A stretch of DNA of 64,000 nucleotides. Origin: an uncultured Aquimarina sp. (lineage in GTDB: Bacteria; Bacteroidota; Bacteroidia; Flavobacteriales; Flavobacteriaceae). Under the pieces are notes generated by a model. That model saw nothing but the letters and a program-made list of their open reading frames with translations, made no database searches and had not been told where the DNA came from. Position numbers and translations under genes: made by a program. The stretch's first letter is position 1; each line of letters begins with the position of its first letter. The stretch spans positions 345,193 to 409,192 of the forward strand of contig CANLOW010000003.1 of the NCBI GenBank assembly GCA_947493035.1. Reading direction: 5' to 3'. Shown here one piece after another: positions 40,206 to 50,466 of this stretch.

Positions 40206-40311
40206 TGAATCATTTCTTCCCTTTTGGTATATAAACAAACGCATGAAGTTTTATCTAGCTCATGATAATCGATTAAATCATCTTTTTCTATAAAAAGCAT
40301 AAGAATCTTAA

Positions 40312-40319
40312 TAAATTTG
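40312..40319 (+). promoter_or_regulatory. Promoter -7 element
   Basis: TAAATTTG 17 nt before the ATG at 40337. Confidence 0.55.
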
Positions 40320-40336
40320 TAGTACAAATACACCTT

Positions 40337-41284
40337 ATGAACCACATTCCTAGTCTAGATTTAAACGAATTCCTATCTGATGATGTCAATATTAAAAATG
40401 ATTTTGTAAAAAAGTTAGGAACTGCCTTTGAAGAAATTGGTTTTATTTCTTTAAAAAATCATTTCTTAGACGAAGATCTCATGAAACAACTTTATATGGT
40501 TGTGAAAGATTTTTTTGATTTACCTAAATCAACTAAAGAAAATTATGAAATTGAAGGCTTACATGGGCAAAGAGGATATACTTCATTTGGAAAAGAACAA
40601 GCTGTAGGTCATAAAAAAGCAGACCTTAAAGAGTTTTGGCATTTTGGACAAGAACCAGTAGAAGACATTGAGTTTACAAAAAAATACCACACAAACATAC
40701 AAGTAAATGAAGTGAAAAACTTCAACAAAATAGGCTTACAAGCTTTCAAAATGCTTGAGAAAACAGGAGTCTATCTTCTAAAAGCTATTGCTTTACACTT
40801 AGGATTAAAAGAAAATTATTTTGATCAATGGGCCAATTTAGGTAATAGTATTTTAAGACCAATTCACTACCCTCCTATTACTTCTGCTCCCGAAGATGCT
40901 ATTAGGGCTGGGGCACATGGAGACATCAACTTGATTACATTATTAATGGGAGCCTCTACAGGTGGACTGCAAGTTAAAAACAAACAGGAGCAATGGATTG
41001 ATGCTGCTCCTAGTGAAAACGAATTAGTCATTAATGTTGGAGATATGTTAGAACGTTTGACCAATAACAAACTTCGTTCTACGATACATCGTGTGATCAA
41101 TCCTCCTAAAGAAAGCTGGCATATCCCCAGATATTCAATTCCTTTCTTTATGCATCCTAGAATGGATATGCCATTAAACTGTTTACCCGAATGTATTGAT
41201 ATTGAACATCCAAAAGTTTATGAGGACATTACAGCTGGTGATTTTCTTTTCGAAAGACTTAAAGCTATTGGCTTAATCAAATAA
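40337..41284 (+). CDS. 2OG-Fe(II) oxygenase, isopenicillin N synthase family
   Basis: GQRGY, HGD (HxD), HRV, RYS co-substrate motif. Confidence 0.92.
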   Translation: MNHIPSLDLNEFLSDDVNIKNDFVKKLGTAFEEIGFISLKNHFLDEDLMKQLYMVVKDFFDLPKSTKENYEIEGLHGQRGYTSFGKEQAVGHKKADLKEFWHFGQEPVEDIEFTKKYHTNIQVNEVKNFNKIGLQAFKMLEKTGVYLLKAIALHLGLKENYFDQWANLGNSILRPIHYPPITSAPEDAIRAGAHGDINLITLLMGASTGGLQVKNKQEQWIDAAPSENELVINVGDMLERLTNNKLRSTIHRVINPPKESWHIPRYSIPFFMHPRMDMPLNCLPECIDIEHPKVYEDITAGDFLFERLKAIGLIK

Positions 41285-41309
41285 TATTTTTAAAATAGCT
41301 AAGCTATTA

Positions 41310-41355
41310 AAGAAGCTTGAAATTTTCTGGTTAATCAGAAAATTTCAAGCTTCTT
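41310..41355. terminator. Perfect 20-bp-stem hairpin (probable terminator)
   Basis: AAGAAGCTTGAAATTTTCTG-gttaat-CAGAAAATTTCAAGCTTCTT, 25 nt after the oxygenase stop. Confidence 0.7.
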
Positions 41356-41421
41356 CATTTTATCACTATCCCAAAGTAGGTTCTCCAGATACATTTGAAT
41401 CAAATCACAACTTTGAATCAA

Positions 41422-43794
41422 ATGAAACATTTATTTTTTTTCATATTAGTAGTTAGTTTCGTAGCCAGCTATGCTCAGGAGAAATACACCCTGAGTGGCT
41501 ACGTTTCTGAAAAAAAAACCGGAGAAAAACTTTTAGGCGTCAATATCACCGTTGGCACTAAAGGAGCTATTACCAACGAATATGGGTACTACTCCATTAC
41601 ACTCCCCAAAGGAGTACAAACAGTTTTGATAAGCTATATTGGCTTTCAAAATATTTCAAAAGAGATTGATTTACAAAAAAGCACAACACTCAATTTTGAA
41701 TTAGACGATAACCCTGATCAACTTGATGAAGTGGTTATTTCTGGAAATTCTGCTAGTAAAAAAGTGACCTCTACAGAGATGAGTGTTTCTACAATCTCTG
41801 CAAAAACCATTCAAAAACTTCCGATGGCTCTTGGAGAACCAGATTTACTAAAGTCCATTCAGTTATTGCCTGGGGTAAGTAGTGTCAATGAAGCTTCTTC
41901 TGGATTTAATGTTCGTGGAGGATCGGCAGATCAAAACCTTATACTTCTCGATGAAGCTACCATTTACAATGCATCACATCTATTTGGTTTTTTCTCAGTC
42001 TTTAATACCAATGCCATTAAAGACTTAAAGTTATATAAAGGAGGAATCCCTTCTATTTATGGAGGAAGGCTTTCTTCGGTACTCGATATCAAACAAAAAG
42101 AAGGAAACACCAAAAAATTTGGTGGCGAAATCGGTATTGGTTTAATTTCTAGTAAAGCCCTAATAGAAGGGCCTTTATTTAAAGGAAATAAAGATGAAGC
42201 CAAGGGAAGTTACATGGTTGCAGGAAGAAGATCTTATATTGATCTATTTTCTTTTTTAAATGATGAATTTAAGGATACTACACTGTTTTTTTATGATCTT
42301 AATTTAAAAGCCAATTACGGAATCAATGATAAAAACACTTTATTTCTTTCCGGTTATTTTGGTCGTGATCATTTTGAATTGAATAATTTCATCGGTACTG
42401 TTTGGGGTAATGCATCTGGGACACTACGTTGGACAAGCATCTTAAATGATAAGCTATTTTTGAGTACTTCTGCAATCTTCAGTAACTATGATTACACGAT
42501 TGATAACTTTAGAAGTGGCTCTGATTTTCGATGGAAATCGAATATCAGCAATTACAATATAAAACCAAGATTAACTTGGTATTTAAATGCAAATAACACG
42601 CTAAAGACAGGGATAGATTATATATTTTATAATTTTAAACCAGGTGAAATATCACCTCTTAATGGTTCGGTCATTCAAGCGGAAAAGTTTCAAGAAAAAT
42701 TCAGTGCCGAGACGGGTTTTTATATTGATTTAAAGCAAAACCTATCTGATAAAATCAGTCTTCAATATGGAGCCAGAATCTCCAATTTCAATAGAAAAGG
42801 TAAAGCTACTATTCCTGTTTATGATAATGGAGTTCCATTAAGTTATGATGATACTCAAAACATTTTTATAGAAAACGAGATAATCAATGAAACAGAATAT
42901 AAAAGCGGGGATAACATCAAAACCTTTTGGGGATTCGAACCTCGATTCAGTCTACGATATTTAGTAGATGATCAAAAGTCTATAAAGTTTAGTTACAACA
43001 AAATGTATCAATACTTACATTTAATTTCTAATACTTCTTCCCCTACGCCATTAGATATTTGGGCGCCGAGTGGGCCATTCTTAAAGCCTCAAAGTGCCGA
43101 TCAATTTGCTCTAGGGTATTTTCAAACTTTAAAAGATGACAAGTACGATTTCAATATTGAAGTCTATCATAAAAGTCTAAAAAACACTACCGACTTTATT
43201 GACGGTGCTGACCTTCTTTTTACAGAGAATATAGAAACTCAAATCGCACAAGGTGACGGACGCGCTTATGGCCTCGAGTTACAGCTAAATAAAAATCAAG
43301 GCCGATTAACTGGTTGGCTTAGCTATACATTATCCCGAAGTGAACGAAAAATACAGAGCATCAATAATAGTGAATACTACCCTACTAATAACGATCAATT
43401 ACACGAACTCAATCTCGTAGGTCTTTATAAACTGAATGAACGCTGGGAATTTGGTGCCAACTTTATTTTTGGATCTGGTAGACCTGTCACCTACCCTACA
43501 GGGAAATACAAGCAGAATGGCTTAGTCATCACTGATTTTGAAAATCGAAATGGAGATCGACTACCGACTTACCACCGATTAGATATCTCGGCAACATTAC
43601 ATCCGAAACCTAAGAAAAGAGGAACATGGGTGTTCAGTATAGCGAATGTATACAATAGACAAAATGCTGCTTCCATCTATTTTCGAGAGATTAGTGAGGT
43701 CAATGATAAAGAAGTTACCACTGGAAGGACAGAGGCTACTAAGCTTTCTTTCTTCGGAATTGTCCCAACTGCAACCTACCGTATTAACTTTTAA
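41422..43794 (+). CDS. TonB-dependent receptor
   Basis: GFNVRGGSADQNLILLD, YGGRLSSVLDI, terminal TYRINF; ATG 41422 (MKHLFF) preferred to track TTG 41395. Confidence 0.9.
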   Translation: MKHLFFFILVVSFVASYAQEKYTLSGYVSEKKTGEKLLGVNITVGTKGAITNEYGYYSITLPKGVQTVLISYIGFQNISKEIDLQKSTTLNFELDDNPDQLDEVVISGNSASKKVTSTEMSVSTISAKTIQKLPMALGEPDLLKSIQLLPGVSSVNEASSGFNVRGGSADQNLILLDEATIYNASHLFGFFSVFNTNAIKDLKLYKGGIPSIYGGRLSSVLDIKQKEGNTKKFGGEIGIGLISSKALIEGPLFKGNKDEAKGSYMVAGRRSYIDLFSFLNDEFKDTTLFFYDLNLKANYGINDKNTLFLSGYFGRDHFELNNFIGTVWGNASGTLRWTSILNDKLFLSTSAIFSNYDYTIDNFRSGSDFRWKSNISNYNIKPRLTWYLNANNTLKTGIDYIFYNFKPGEISPLNGSVIQAEKFQEKFSAETGFYIDLKQNLSDKISLQYGARISNFNRKGKATIPVYDNGVPLSYDDTQNIFIENEIINETEYKSGDNIKTFWGFEPRFSLRYLVDDQKSIKFSYNKMYQYLHLISNTSSPTPLDIWAPSGPFLKPQSADQFALGYFQTLKDDKYDFNIEVYHKSLKNTTDFIDGADLLFTENIETQIAQGDGRAYGLELQLNKNQGRLTGWLSYTLSRSERKIQSINNSEYYPTNNDQLHELNLVGLYKLNERWEFGANFIFGSGRPVTYPTGKYKQNGLVITDFENRNGDRLPTYHRLDISATLHPKPKKRGTWVFSIANVYNRQNAASIYFREISEVNDKEVTTGRTEATKLSFFGIVPTATYRINF

Positions 43795-43806
43795 CTTCAT
43801 CGAGTC

Positions 43807-44661
43807 ATGAAATATTTATTCATATTTAGTATTCTATTCTTTTTAATTAGTTGTGAAACAAACGTAACTAACGACATTACTTTAAATGGTGCTCCTCCTA
43901 AATTAGTAATCAACGGAGGTATCGAACGTAATCCAACAAATCCAAGATCAAACCAATTCATAGAACTCAGTACTACCATTGACTTTTTAGATCAAAGTGA
44001 ACCGACAGCTGTTGAAAATGCAATTGTTATGGTCAATAACGGTATAGAAGATTTTGAATTTATACATCAAACAAATGGTATGTATACAAATTCTGAAATT
44101 ACGGCCACATTAGGAACTACCTATACAATCACTATCGAATGGAATAATGATACTTATCAAGCTAGTGACACACTTATTGAAGCGCCTAGCTTTGATAATG
44201 TTTATTCGGTATTTGAAGAAGAAACCTTATTTACTGACGAAGGTTATTTTGTCAACTTCGATGCTACAGATCCTCTGGATATTGATAACTACTACTACTA
44301 CCGTGTGTTTTTAAATGATGTGTTCACTATAGTACCTGATAGAGGGAATAGTGCCACTTTAATTGAAAATGACCAGTTCTTTGATGGGCAAGCCCGAACG
44401 GGAGTAAATCCTAACGAAGAAGTAGTTTTCGAGTTAGGAGATAAAGCCACTGTCCAGTTGCTTGGAATCACTGAAAATTATTATGACTTCTTATTCCAAA
44501 TTTTTGAACAAACAGGAAGCTCTGGTTTTTCTCCAGTAGGAAATCCCCCACCAGCTTCTATTGGAGGGAATTTATTAAATATAACTAACCCTAAAGTTCG
44601 TGGTTTAGGTTATTTTTATGCGAGTGATGTTACCGAAGCATCTATAATTATTTCGGAATAG
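43807..44661 (+). CDS. DUF4249-like lipoprotein
   Basis: Lipobox LISC, KLVING, NYYYY, GNL.NITNP...LGYF; typical partner of the preceding TBDR type. Confidence 0.8.
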   Translation: MKYLFIFSILFFLISCETNVTNDITLNGAPPKLVINGGIERNPTNPRSNQFIELSTTIDFLDQSEPTAVENAIVMVNNGIEDFEFIHQTNGMYTNSEITATLGTTYTITIEWNNDTYQASDTLIEAPSFDNVYSVFEEETLFTDEGYFVNFDATDPLDIDNYYYYRVFLNDVFTIVPDRGNSATLIENDQFFDGQARTGVNPNEEVVFELGDKATVQLLGITENYYDFLFQIFEQTGSSGFSPVGNPPPASIGGNLLNITNPKVRGLGYFYASDVTEASIIISE

Positions 44662-44760
44662 AAGAAATATTGTTAAAAAAAAGAAATCAATTAAATACAT
44701 GTGGAAATAGGAATTAAATATTCTCGTCCATTTAAAGTAATTGACTAAAAGTTATTTATT

Positions 44761-44791
44761 TGTCACCTCTGGCTTAGACCAGAGGTCTCAT
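44761..44791 (+). repeat. REP-like hairpin unit
   Basis: TGTC-ACCTCTGG-cttaga-CCAGAGGT-CTCAT; same architecture as the unit at 51774-51802. Confidence 0.55.
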
Positions 44792-44943
44792 CTAACTGAT
44801 CTATGACCACAATAAATCATATAGATCGCCTTTATGTGATTCTTTATCAAACAAGAAAGACATTATTTTTTGTGAATAAATGCCTAAGTTTAAACTGAAC
44901 TCGTATTAATAAATATTAAAAAAAACATATCAAATAATAAACT

Positions 44944-45990
44944 GTGTTTAAAAAAGGTAGAATATATATTTACATATTAATTACACTCCTTCTAGTGTTT
45001 TATAACTTCTTATACGAGATCACCACAGAATCTTGGGATGAAGCTATTTTCGAAACATTAATACTATTTCCTTGTATTTTCCTTTTTGTAACCTTCATTT
45101 ACCAATTAAGACTAGTTGCTTTAAGGAATAAAACAATTTATAACCTCCTTACGCAACACCAGTACAGTAAACTATATCTTATTGTAATTATTTTTATCAA
45201 ATCTACTTTCATTACCATGTTAGCTAGAGCTGTTGCAAATTGGGCTTTTAATGATGATGAAGTAGTTACTTTTTTTGATCTCGTTTTTGGAGCGATATTT
45301 ATCGCTACAACAGTAATCGTAGCCTTTGTATACTTCTTCGAACATTTCATTAATGTTGAAGAAAACAAACATCGAATTGAGCTTCAATTGTCACGACATG
45401 AAAGTGAAAAATTTATAGCGAAATACTTGTCTCTAAAAAAACAGTTAAACCCACATTTCCTATTTAATAGCTTTAATAGCTTAATTAGTCTCATCTCATT
45501 AGATGCTAAAAAAGCAGAAGATTTCGTAGAAGAGTTGTCAAGCATTTACCGGTATAATTTATTGCAAAGTGACGAAGTTGTAGTCCCACTTTATAAAGAA
45601 TTAAATATGATTACTTCATATATCCATTTGCAAAAGATTAGATTTGGTTCAGCTCTTAATTATCATGAACTCGTATCACCTACAAAGCATAAATTATTGC
45701 TTCCTCCTATGACACTTCAGCTATTAGTTGAAAATGCCATTAAGCACAATATTGTTTCCACTCAAAAACCATTGAACGTAACGATTAAAATAGATCAAGA
45801 TTATATTATCGTTGAAAATAATTTGCAACTCAAAGACAAACAAAAGCACTCTGTAGATTCTTTAGGTATTGGAATACAAAATTTAGAAAATCAAATCGCA
45901 CTGATTTCTGATGAAAAACTACAAGTAGAAGTTACCAATAGCCATTACAAAGTATATGTTCCACTTATTAAAGGCGATTTAGATGATTAA
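44944..45990 (+). CDS. LytS-type sensor histidine kinase (His_kinase family)
   Basis: 4 TM helices, KQLNPHFLFNS, LSSIYRY, LQLLVENAIKHN; GTG start. Confidence 0.9.
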   Translation: MFKKGRIYIYILITLLLVFYNFLYEITTESWDEAIFETLILFPCIFLFVTFIYQLRLVALRNKTIYNLLTQHQYSKLYLIVIIFIKSTFITMLARAVANWAFNDDEVVTFFDLVFGAIFIATTVIVAFVYFFEHFINVEENKHRIELQLSRHESEKFIAKYLSLKKQLNPHFLFNSFNSLISLISLDAKKAEDFVEELSSIYRYNLLQSDEVVVPLYKELNMITSYIHLQKIRFGSALNYHELVSPTKHKLLLPPMTLQLLVENAIKHNIVSTQKPLNVTIKIDQDYIIVENNLQLKDKQKHSVDSLGIGIQNLENQIALISDEKLQVEVTNSHYKVYVPLIKGDLDD

Positions 45991-46744
45991 AGTATTAATA
46001 GTAGAAGATGAAGATTTGGCAGCGCAACGTCTCGAAAATTCAATTCTAGAGATCGAAACCGAACTTCTTGTCATCGGAAGAACAACTGGTATAGAAGAGA
46101 CAAAGGCTTTTTTAAATGTCCATAATGTTGATTTAATTTTTTTAGATATTAATTTATCGGATGGGTATTCTTTTGAGATTTTCAAGGGTCAAAAAGAAAA
46201 TTTAACCCCTATTATTTTTACAACAGCTTATTCCGAGTTTGCAATTAAATCCTTTGAACTCAATAGTATTTCATATCTATTAAAACCTATTAGCAAAAAG
46301 GATTTAACTGTTGCTATTCATAAATTCAAACAACTACACGAAAAAGGCAAGCAGCACACAAATGTCCAGCAATTGATAGAAAAGCTATCATTTCAACCTA
46401 AGCAACGTTTTTTAGTTAAGATGAATACTGAATTAAAAGCAATTGCTATAAATGATATTGCGTATTTCTATACAGAAGACAAACTCTGCTTTATAAAACT
46501 ATGGGATGGAAAATCATTTCCTATAGATAAATCGTTAAAAACTATTGAAAATGAATTAGGGAATCTCGCTTTCTTTAGAATAAACAAGCAATATCTTATA
46601 CATCTCGATAGTATTCACCAAATGTACTATGCCTCAAAATCAAAAATAAAAGTGGAACTAAAACCTAATAATGCTAATGATACCAATCCTATATTTGTAG
46701 CTATTGAAAAGATTGGGAAGTTTAAGAAATGGTTGTCTGCTTAA
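45983..46744 (+). CDS. LytTR family response regulator
   Basis: IVEDE, IFLDINLSDG, IIFTTAY, YLLKP, FFRINKQY. Confidence 0.93.
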   Translation: MIKVLIVEDEDLAAQRLENSILEIETELLVIGRTTGIEETKAFLNVHNVDLIFLDINLSDGYSFEIFKGQKENLTPIIFTTAYSEFAIKSFELNSISYLLKPISKKDLTVAIHKFKQLHEKGKQHTNVQQLIEKLSFQPKQRFLVKMNTELKAIAINDIAYFYTEDKLCFIKLWDGKSFPIDKSLKTIENELGNLAFFRINKQYLIHLDSIHQMYYASKSKIKVELKPNNANDTNPIFVAIEKIGKFKKWLSA

Positions 46745-46756
46745 TAGAGTATAGAC

Positions 46757-47344
46757 TTACTTCAGATAGGAATAATGTCCAATAATCTTATAATCAAAGA
46801 GACAATCTTGTAGTACTTGCCCCGCACCAATATTATGTGCTATCTGATAACGTTTACCATCATTTGATTTTATAGCAGAAACTATTCCGATATGTGTAAT
46901 AGCTCCCCCTAAATTCCAACATACAATATCACCAGGAATGTAATCGTCTGACTTTTGTCTAATTGGTTTTTCTTTGCCAAACCTTCCAAAAAAGGTCATT
47001 AAATTAGGAACTCTCCTGTGGTCAATATTAGTATCTGTTCTTTTCAACCCCCATATTTTAGGATATAGACTAAAATTTTTGACCATATCTTCATGGACTT
47101 CCTTTTGAAGGTCTACCCCTAATTTTCTATAAGTTCTAATGATAACATCTGTACACACTCCTTTACTTTTTGGCACATCTCCATTCGGATATGGGATACT
47201 AAAATAACTAGGATCATAATTAACAGCTGAACCTGTCAATTTCAATGCTTCATCAGCTATATTTCTAGAATCAAAAGACTGCCCATACACACATACAACT
47301 GTTAATAGTATGGTACATATCGTAACTATAACTTTCTTCATCAT
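46757..47344 (-). CDS. DUF1287 (YijF-like) protein
   Basis: YPNGDVP, GVCTDVIIR, DTNIDHRRVPNL, HIGIVS, HNIG. Confidence 0.85.
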   Translation of the reverse strand: MMKKVIVTICTILLTVVCVYGQSFDSRNIADEALKLTGSAVNYDPSYFSIPYPNGDVPKSKGVCTDVIIRTYRKLGVDLQKEVHEDMVKNFSLYPKIWGLKRTDTNIDHRRVPNLMTFFGRFGKEKPIRQKSDDYIPGDIVCWNLGGAITHIGIVSAIKSNDGKRYQIAHNIGAGQVLQDCLFDYKIIGHYSYLK

Positions 47345-47432
47345 AATTTATAAACGTTTGAATTATAGATATATTTAAATAAACCTCATTCAAACTTAGG
47401 TTACATAATTTACAGATCATATAAAAAACATT

Positions 47433-48308
47433 CTATTTCTCTGCTGTGATAATATAATACCCAAAACTATTCATTTGAATCCCAGAAAGAAGTGCATAAA
47501 ATGAACCTTTCAAGTTATTTAAGCTCTGTGGCTTTAGTGGTTTACCTTTTAAAAAATTTCGCACGACAAAACCTAAGATTGCAAAAGGAACATGTAGCAC
47601 TGAAGGCGCTACTCTAAAAGAAACATCTTCCACCTTGACATGCTTAAAACCGATAGTTTCCATATCCTTTACAACTTCTTTTATATTCCCTAAACCTTTC
47701 AAATCCCAACCTTCACATAACTTCTTGTAAGTGAATTTGCCTCCTTGACATAATTTACTTTCTTTTTTTTTCAAAAAAGCATCAGTCATCACAAACTTCC
47801 CTTCTGGCTTAAGTATACGATAAGCTTCTTTCAATGAAGCTATACTATGCCCGCAATGACACAAGCTCTCGATAGCATAAACTCCATCTGCTACACCTGA
47901 TACAAAACTAGTATTGGTATAATCTTCTTTCACAATAAGAGGGTTGTAGTCTTTTAATCTATGATTCCCTTCTTTTACTTGGAAATCGGATAAAGTCACT
48001 CCAATTGCTTTTATACTTTCATACTTTTTTGCTGCATACAACATCGTACCTCCCATTCCGCACCCTAAATCTACAAGGAGGTCTTTAGCTTTAACTTCCA
48101 GACGTTTCAACACTTGGTTATTCATTTCATTAAGCATTGTATCTCTACGAAATAATTTTGTTCTGAAAGGAGTATAATACCCAAAATGCATATTGTAATC
48201 CTTACTCCAAAATTCATAGTCCTCGGTAGCTTCATTATATAAATCAATAAAACTATGATTGTTTTTCACTGTTTTTTTAGTCGCTTTAATCTCAACTGTT
48301 AATTCCAT
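47433..48308 (-). CDS. Class I SAM-dependent methyltransferase (sterol/tocopherol MTase-like)
   Basis: MHFGYY, VDLGCGMGG, GVTLS, AIESLCH. Confidence 0.85.
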   Translation of the reverse strand: MELTVEIKATKKTVKNNHSFIDLYNEATEDYEFWSKDYNMHFGYYTPFRTKLFRRDTMLNEMNNQVLKRLEVKAKDLLVDLGCGMGGTMLYAAKKYESIKAIGVTLSDFQVKEGNHRLKDYNPLIVKEDYTNTSFVSGVADGVYAIESLCHCGHSIASLKEAYRILKPEGKFVMTDAFLKKKESKLCQGGKFTYKKLCEGWDLKGLGNIKEVVKDMETIGFKHVKVEDVSFRVAPSVLHVPFAILGFVVRNFLKGKPLKPQSLNNLKGSFYALLSGIQMNSFGYYIITAEK

Positions 48309-48317
48309 GATTTTATT

Positions 48318-48337
48318 TTTTCAATAATTACTGAAAA
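48318..48337. promoter_or_regulatory. Palindromic operator copy 1
   Basis: TTTTCAATAATTACTGAAAA, 9 nt upstream of the methyltransferase start. Confidence 0.65.
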
Positions 48338-48397
48338 TTAAATAACAAAATGATTATAGATTTTATTATCCCTATTATATTTCAAATATACACACAA

Positions 48398-48431
48398 ATT
48401 AAAACTTTCAATAATTATTGAAAGTTTTAAT
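48398..48431. promoter_or_regulatory. Palindromic operator copy 2 within a perfect 34-bp palindrome
   Basis: ATTAAAACTTTCAATAATTATTGAAAGTTTTAAT equals its own reverse complement; core matches copy 1 at 17/18. Confidence 0.65.
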
Positions 48432-48511
48432 AGTACAAATCAGAAGAATACAAATTTCAAATACCTGAGACTATTAACACCTTAAGAAAAAATAACTCTT
48501 AGAAAGAGAAA

Positions 48512-49390
48512 CTATTGTAGTACATCAATCATTTCATGTAAAACAGGTGTAATTACATCTGGTCGAGACCAAGATATCTCATGCCCAGTATTTGGAATTG
48601 TAAAAATTTTATGTTGTTGGAATACTTTTTCTGTATAGTGTATATTTTCATAGGGCACCAAATCATCTGCATCACCATGAACGTGATACACAGGAATACT
48701 GATGCTAGGCCATTTATTTTCAATTTCTGATAATTCGCTTGCATGAATTACCTTTTCATCTCCTGCAACACGATATGCCGTTGGCACTAACCATCTAGTC
48801 AACCACCATTGAGTAAATCGGGCTCCCCAAATATCTTTTTCAATCGTTGGGTCGATAGCAGGTGAAATCATAATAACTCCTCTTACACGATTACTGTAAC
48901 TGGCTTGAAGAGCAGCAATAGCACCTCCATATGAAGCGCCTATTACAATTCTATTTTCAAGAGCTAGTTTAGCTAATACTTCATTAATAATTTTTGCTTG
49001 CTTATCAATTTCTGGGATTTCTTTTCCAAAATTAGAATACCCATATCCTGGCCTATCAATTAAAACAATATTAGCCCGATGAAGTAGTGTTGAATCTTTC
49101 ACATAATTAAACCACGCTGAAGATGAAGCTGGAGAACCATGTAAGAAAACAAGATTTAGAGGTTTTTCTTTTCCTAGAAATATATTTTGAACTCTAATAG
49201 TTGCATGTAAGCTATCTATAGTATGATAACTGATTTCATTTTGAATATTGGTATTTTCGAAATTATTAAAGATTTCTTCGTCATTTTCTCGCCACTGCAA
49301 TACAGTACAACTAGAAACCAAAATTCCGATCAAAACGATTCGTATAGTATTTGCAAAGTACTTGCTCTGCTTGGTTTTGCTTTTCTCCAT
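48512..49390 (-). CDS. Alpha/beta hydrolase lipoprotein
   Basis: Lipobox VSSC, FLHGSP, DRPGYG, GASYGG elbow, HGDAD, GHE; start at 49390 preferred. Confidence 0.85.
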   Translation of the reverse strand: MEKSKTKQSKYFANTIRIVLIGILVSSCTVLQWRENDEEIFNNFENTNIQNEISYHTIDSLHATIRVQNIFLGKEKPLNLVFLHGSPASSSAWFNYVKDSTLLHRANIVLIDRPGYGYSNFGKEIPEIDKQAKIINEVLAKLALENRIVIGASYGGAIAALQASYSNRVRGVIMISPAIDPTIEKDIWGARFTQWWLTRWLVPTAYRVAGDEKVIHASELSEIENKWPSISIPVYHVHGDADDLVPYENIHYTEKVFQQHKIFTIPNTGHEISWSRPDVITPVLHEMIDVLQ

Positions 49391-49403
49391 TCTATTAATC
49401 CTC

Positions 49404-49781
49404 TTACTGATCTTCCATAAAAGCAATACTACTTCCCCCTATCACTTTCCATTGATCTTTAAACAATTTCCAAACTCTTATTATTTTAAAAGTACTATCA
49501 AAATGATCTCCACAATACTGACCTTTCATCTTAATTAGAGCAGTGACAATAGCACTATCCTCTATCAAATTTATTTGGTGATTAGAAGCATTAATAACAT
49601 CAATAATCATTTTACCCGAACGATATGCTTCCATATCTTGTTCTTTGTTTATTGTATGTCCTGTAGGAAGGTTAAATAACAGATCTTCATGTAACAATAC
49701 ATCTAGCTGAGACAAGTCTCCTTTCTCTAGTGCTTTTAAAAGTTGTTGTTCTGCTATCAAAATTGCTTCCTGACTAACCAT
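49404..49781 (-). CDS. NTF2-like / DUF4440 protein
   Basis: LDVLLHEDLLF, RVWK...WKVIGG; start MVSQE at 49781. Confidence 0.8.
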   Translation of the reverse strand: MVSQEAILIAEQQLLKALEKGDLSQLDVLLHEDLLFNLPTGHTINKEQDMEAYRSGKMIIDVINASNHQINLIEDSAIVTALIKMKGQYCGDHFDSTFKIIRVWKLFKDQWKVIGGSSIAFMEDQ

Positions 49782-49797
49782 GCTGTTCGATTTAAAT

Positions 49798-50466
49798 TTA
49801 TTTATAAGCAATAGTATAGACTCCTTTAACCGTTAACGGCTTACCATCAAAATCTAAAGCAGGTTCATCCAATACTTTAGTCGAAATATTTTTAAAACCA
49901 GATTTTTCAAAAACCTCCTCTACTTCTGATATCTCATATTTATTGAATCCATATTTAGTAAATTCAATTTTATCTAAAAGTTCTTTGTTTCGATATGCTA
50001 CTAATAATCTTCCGCCTGGCTTTAATACTCTCAATAATTCTTTAGCATTTTCAACTACATTAGGCCAAAAATAAATCGTATTTGCCGTTACAATAGCATC
50101 AAAAAAATGATCTTCAAAAGGTACTTTTTCAACTGATCCTTCTATAAATTTTATACGACGCTGTTTTTTTAGTTCATTGTTTAACTTTTCTGCTTCCGAT
50201 ACCATCAAAGGTGAATAATCTAAACCCGTATAATCTACATCTGCTAGTTTCATGAGATAAGGCACAAAAAATCCATTCCCCATGCCTATTTCAAGTACCT
50301 TTTCATTTCCAATCGGCTTCAATTGTTCATAGGAATATTTAGAAATATACTCATTTCCCTTATTCATTTGCTTTCCTACTTCAACACCATTATCGCCTTC
50401 TGGTTTTCTAAGGTTTCCAGCTAATTCTTTCTTAGATAAATCACTAGTATTAAATTTTTCTGCCAT
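49798..50466 (-). CDS. Class I SAM-dependent methyltransferase
   Basis: NLRKPEG, VLEIGMGNG, GLDYS, NTIYFW, RVLKPGG; start MAEKF at 50466. Confidence 0.88.
   Translation of the reverse strand: MAEKFNTSDLSKKELAGNLRKPEGDNGVEVGKQMNKGNEYISKYSYEQLKPIGNEKVLEIGMGNGFFVPYLMKLADVDYTGLDYSPLMVSEAEKLNNELKKQRRIKFIEGSVEKVPFEDHFFDAIVTANTIYFWPNVVENAKELLRVLKPGGRLLVAYRNKELLDKIEFTKYGFNKYEISEVEEVFEKSGFKNISTKVLDEPALDFDGKPLTVKGVYTIAYK

Noticed and set aside
41394-41423. 12-bp direct repeat TTTGAATCAAAT at 18-bp period around the TBDR start
   Set aside because: Overlaps the start codon and the spacing does not fit LytTR sites; probably a local duplication
44871-44900. TGAA repeats upstream of kinase 1 as LytTR boxes
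   Set aside because: Only 4-nt cores at a 23-bp period; expected by chance in AT-rich DNA
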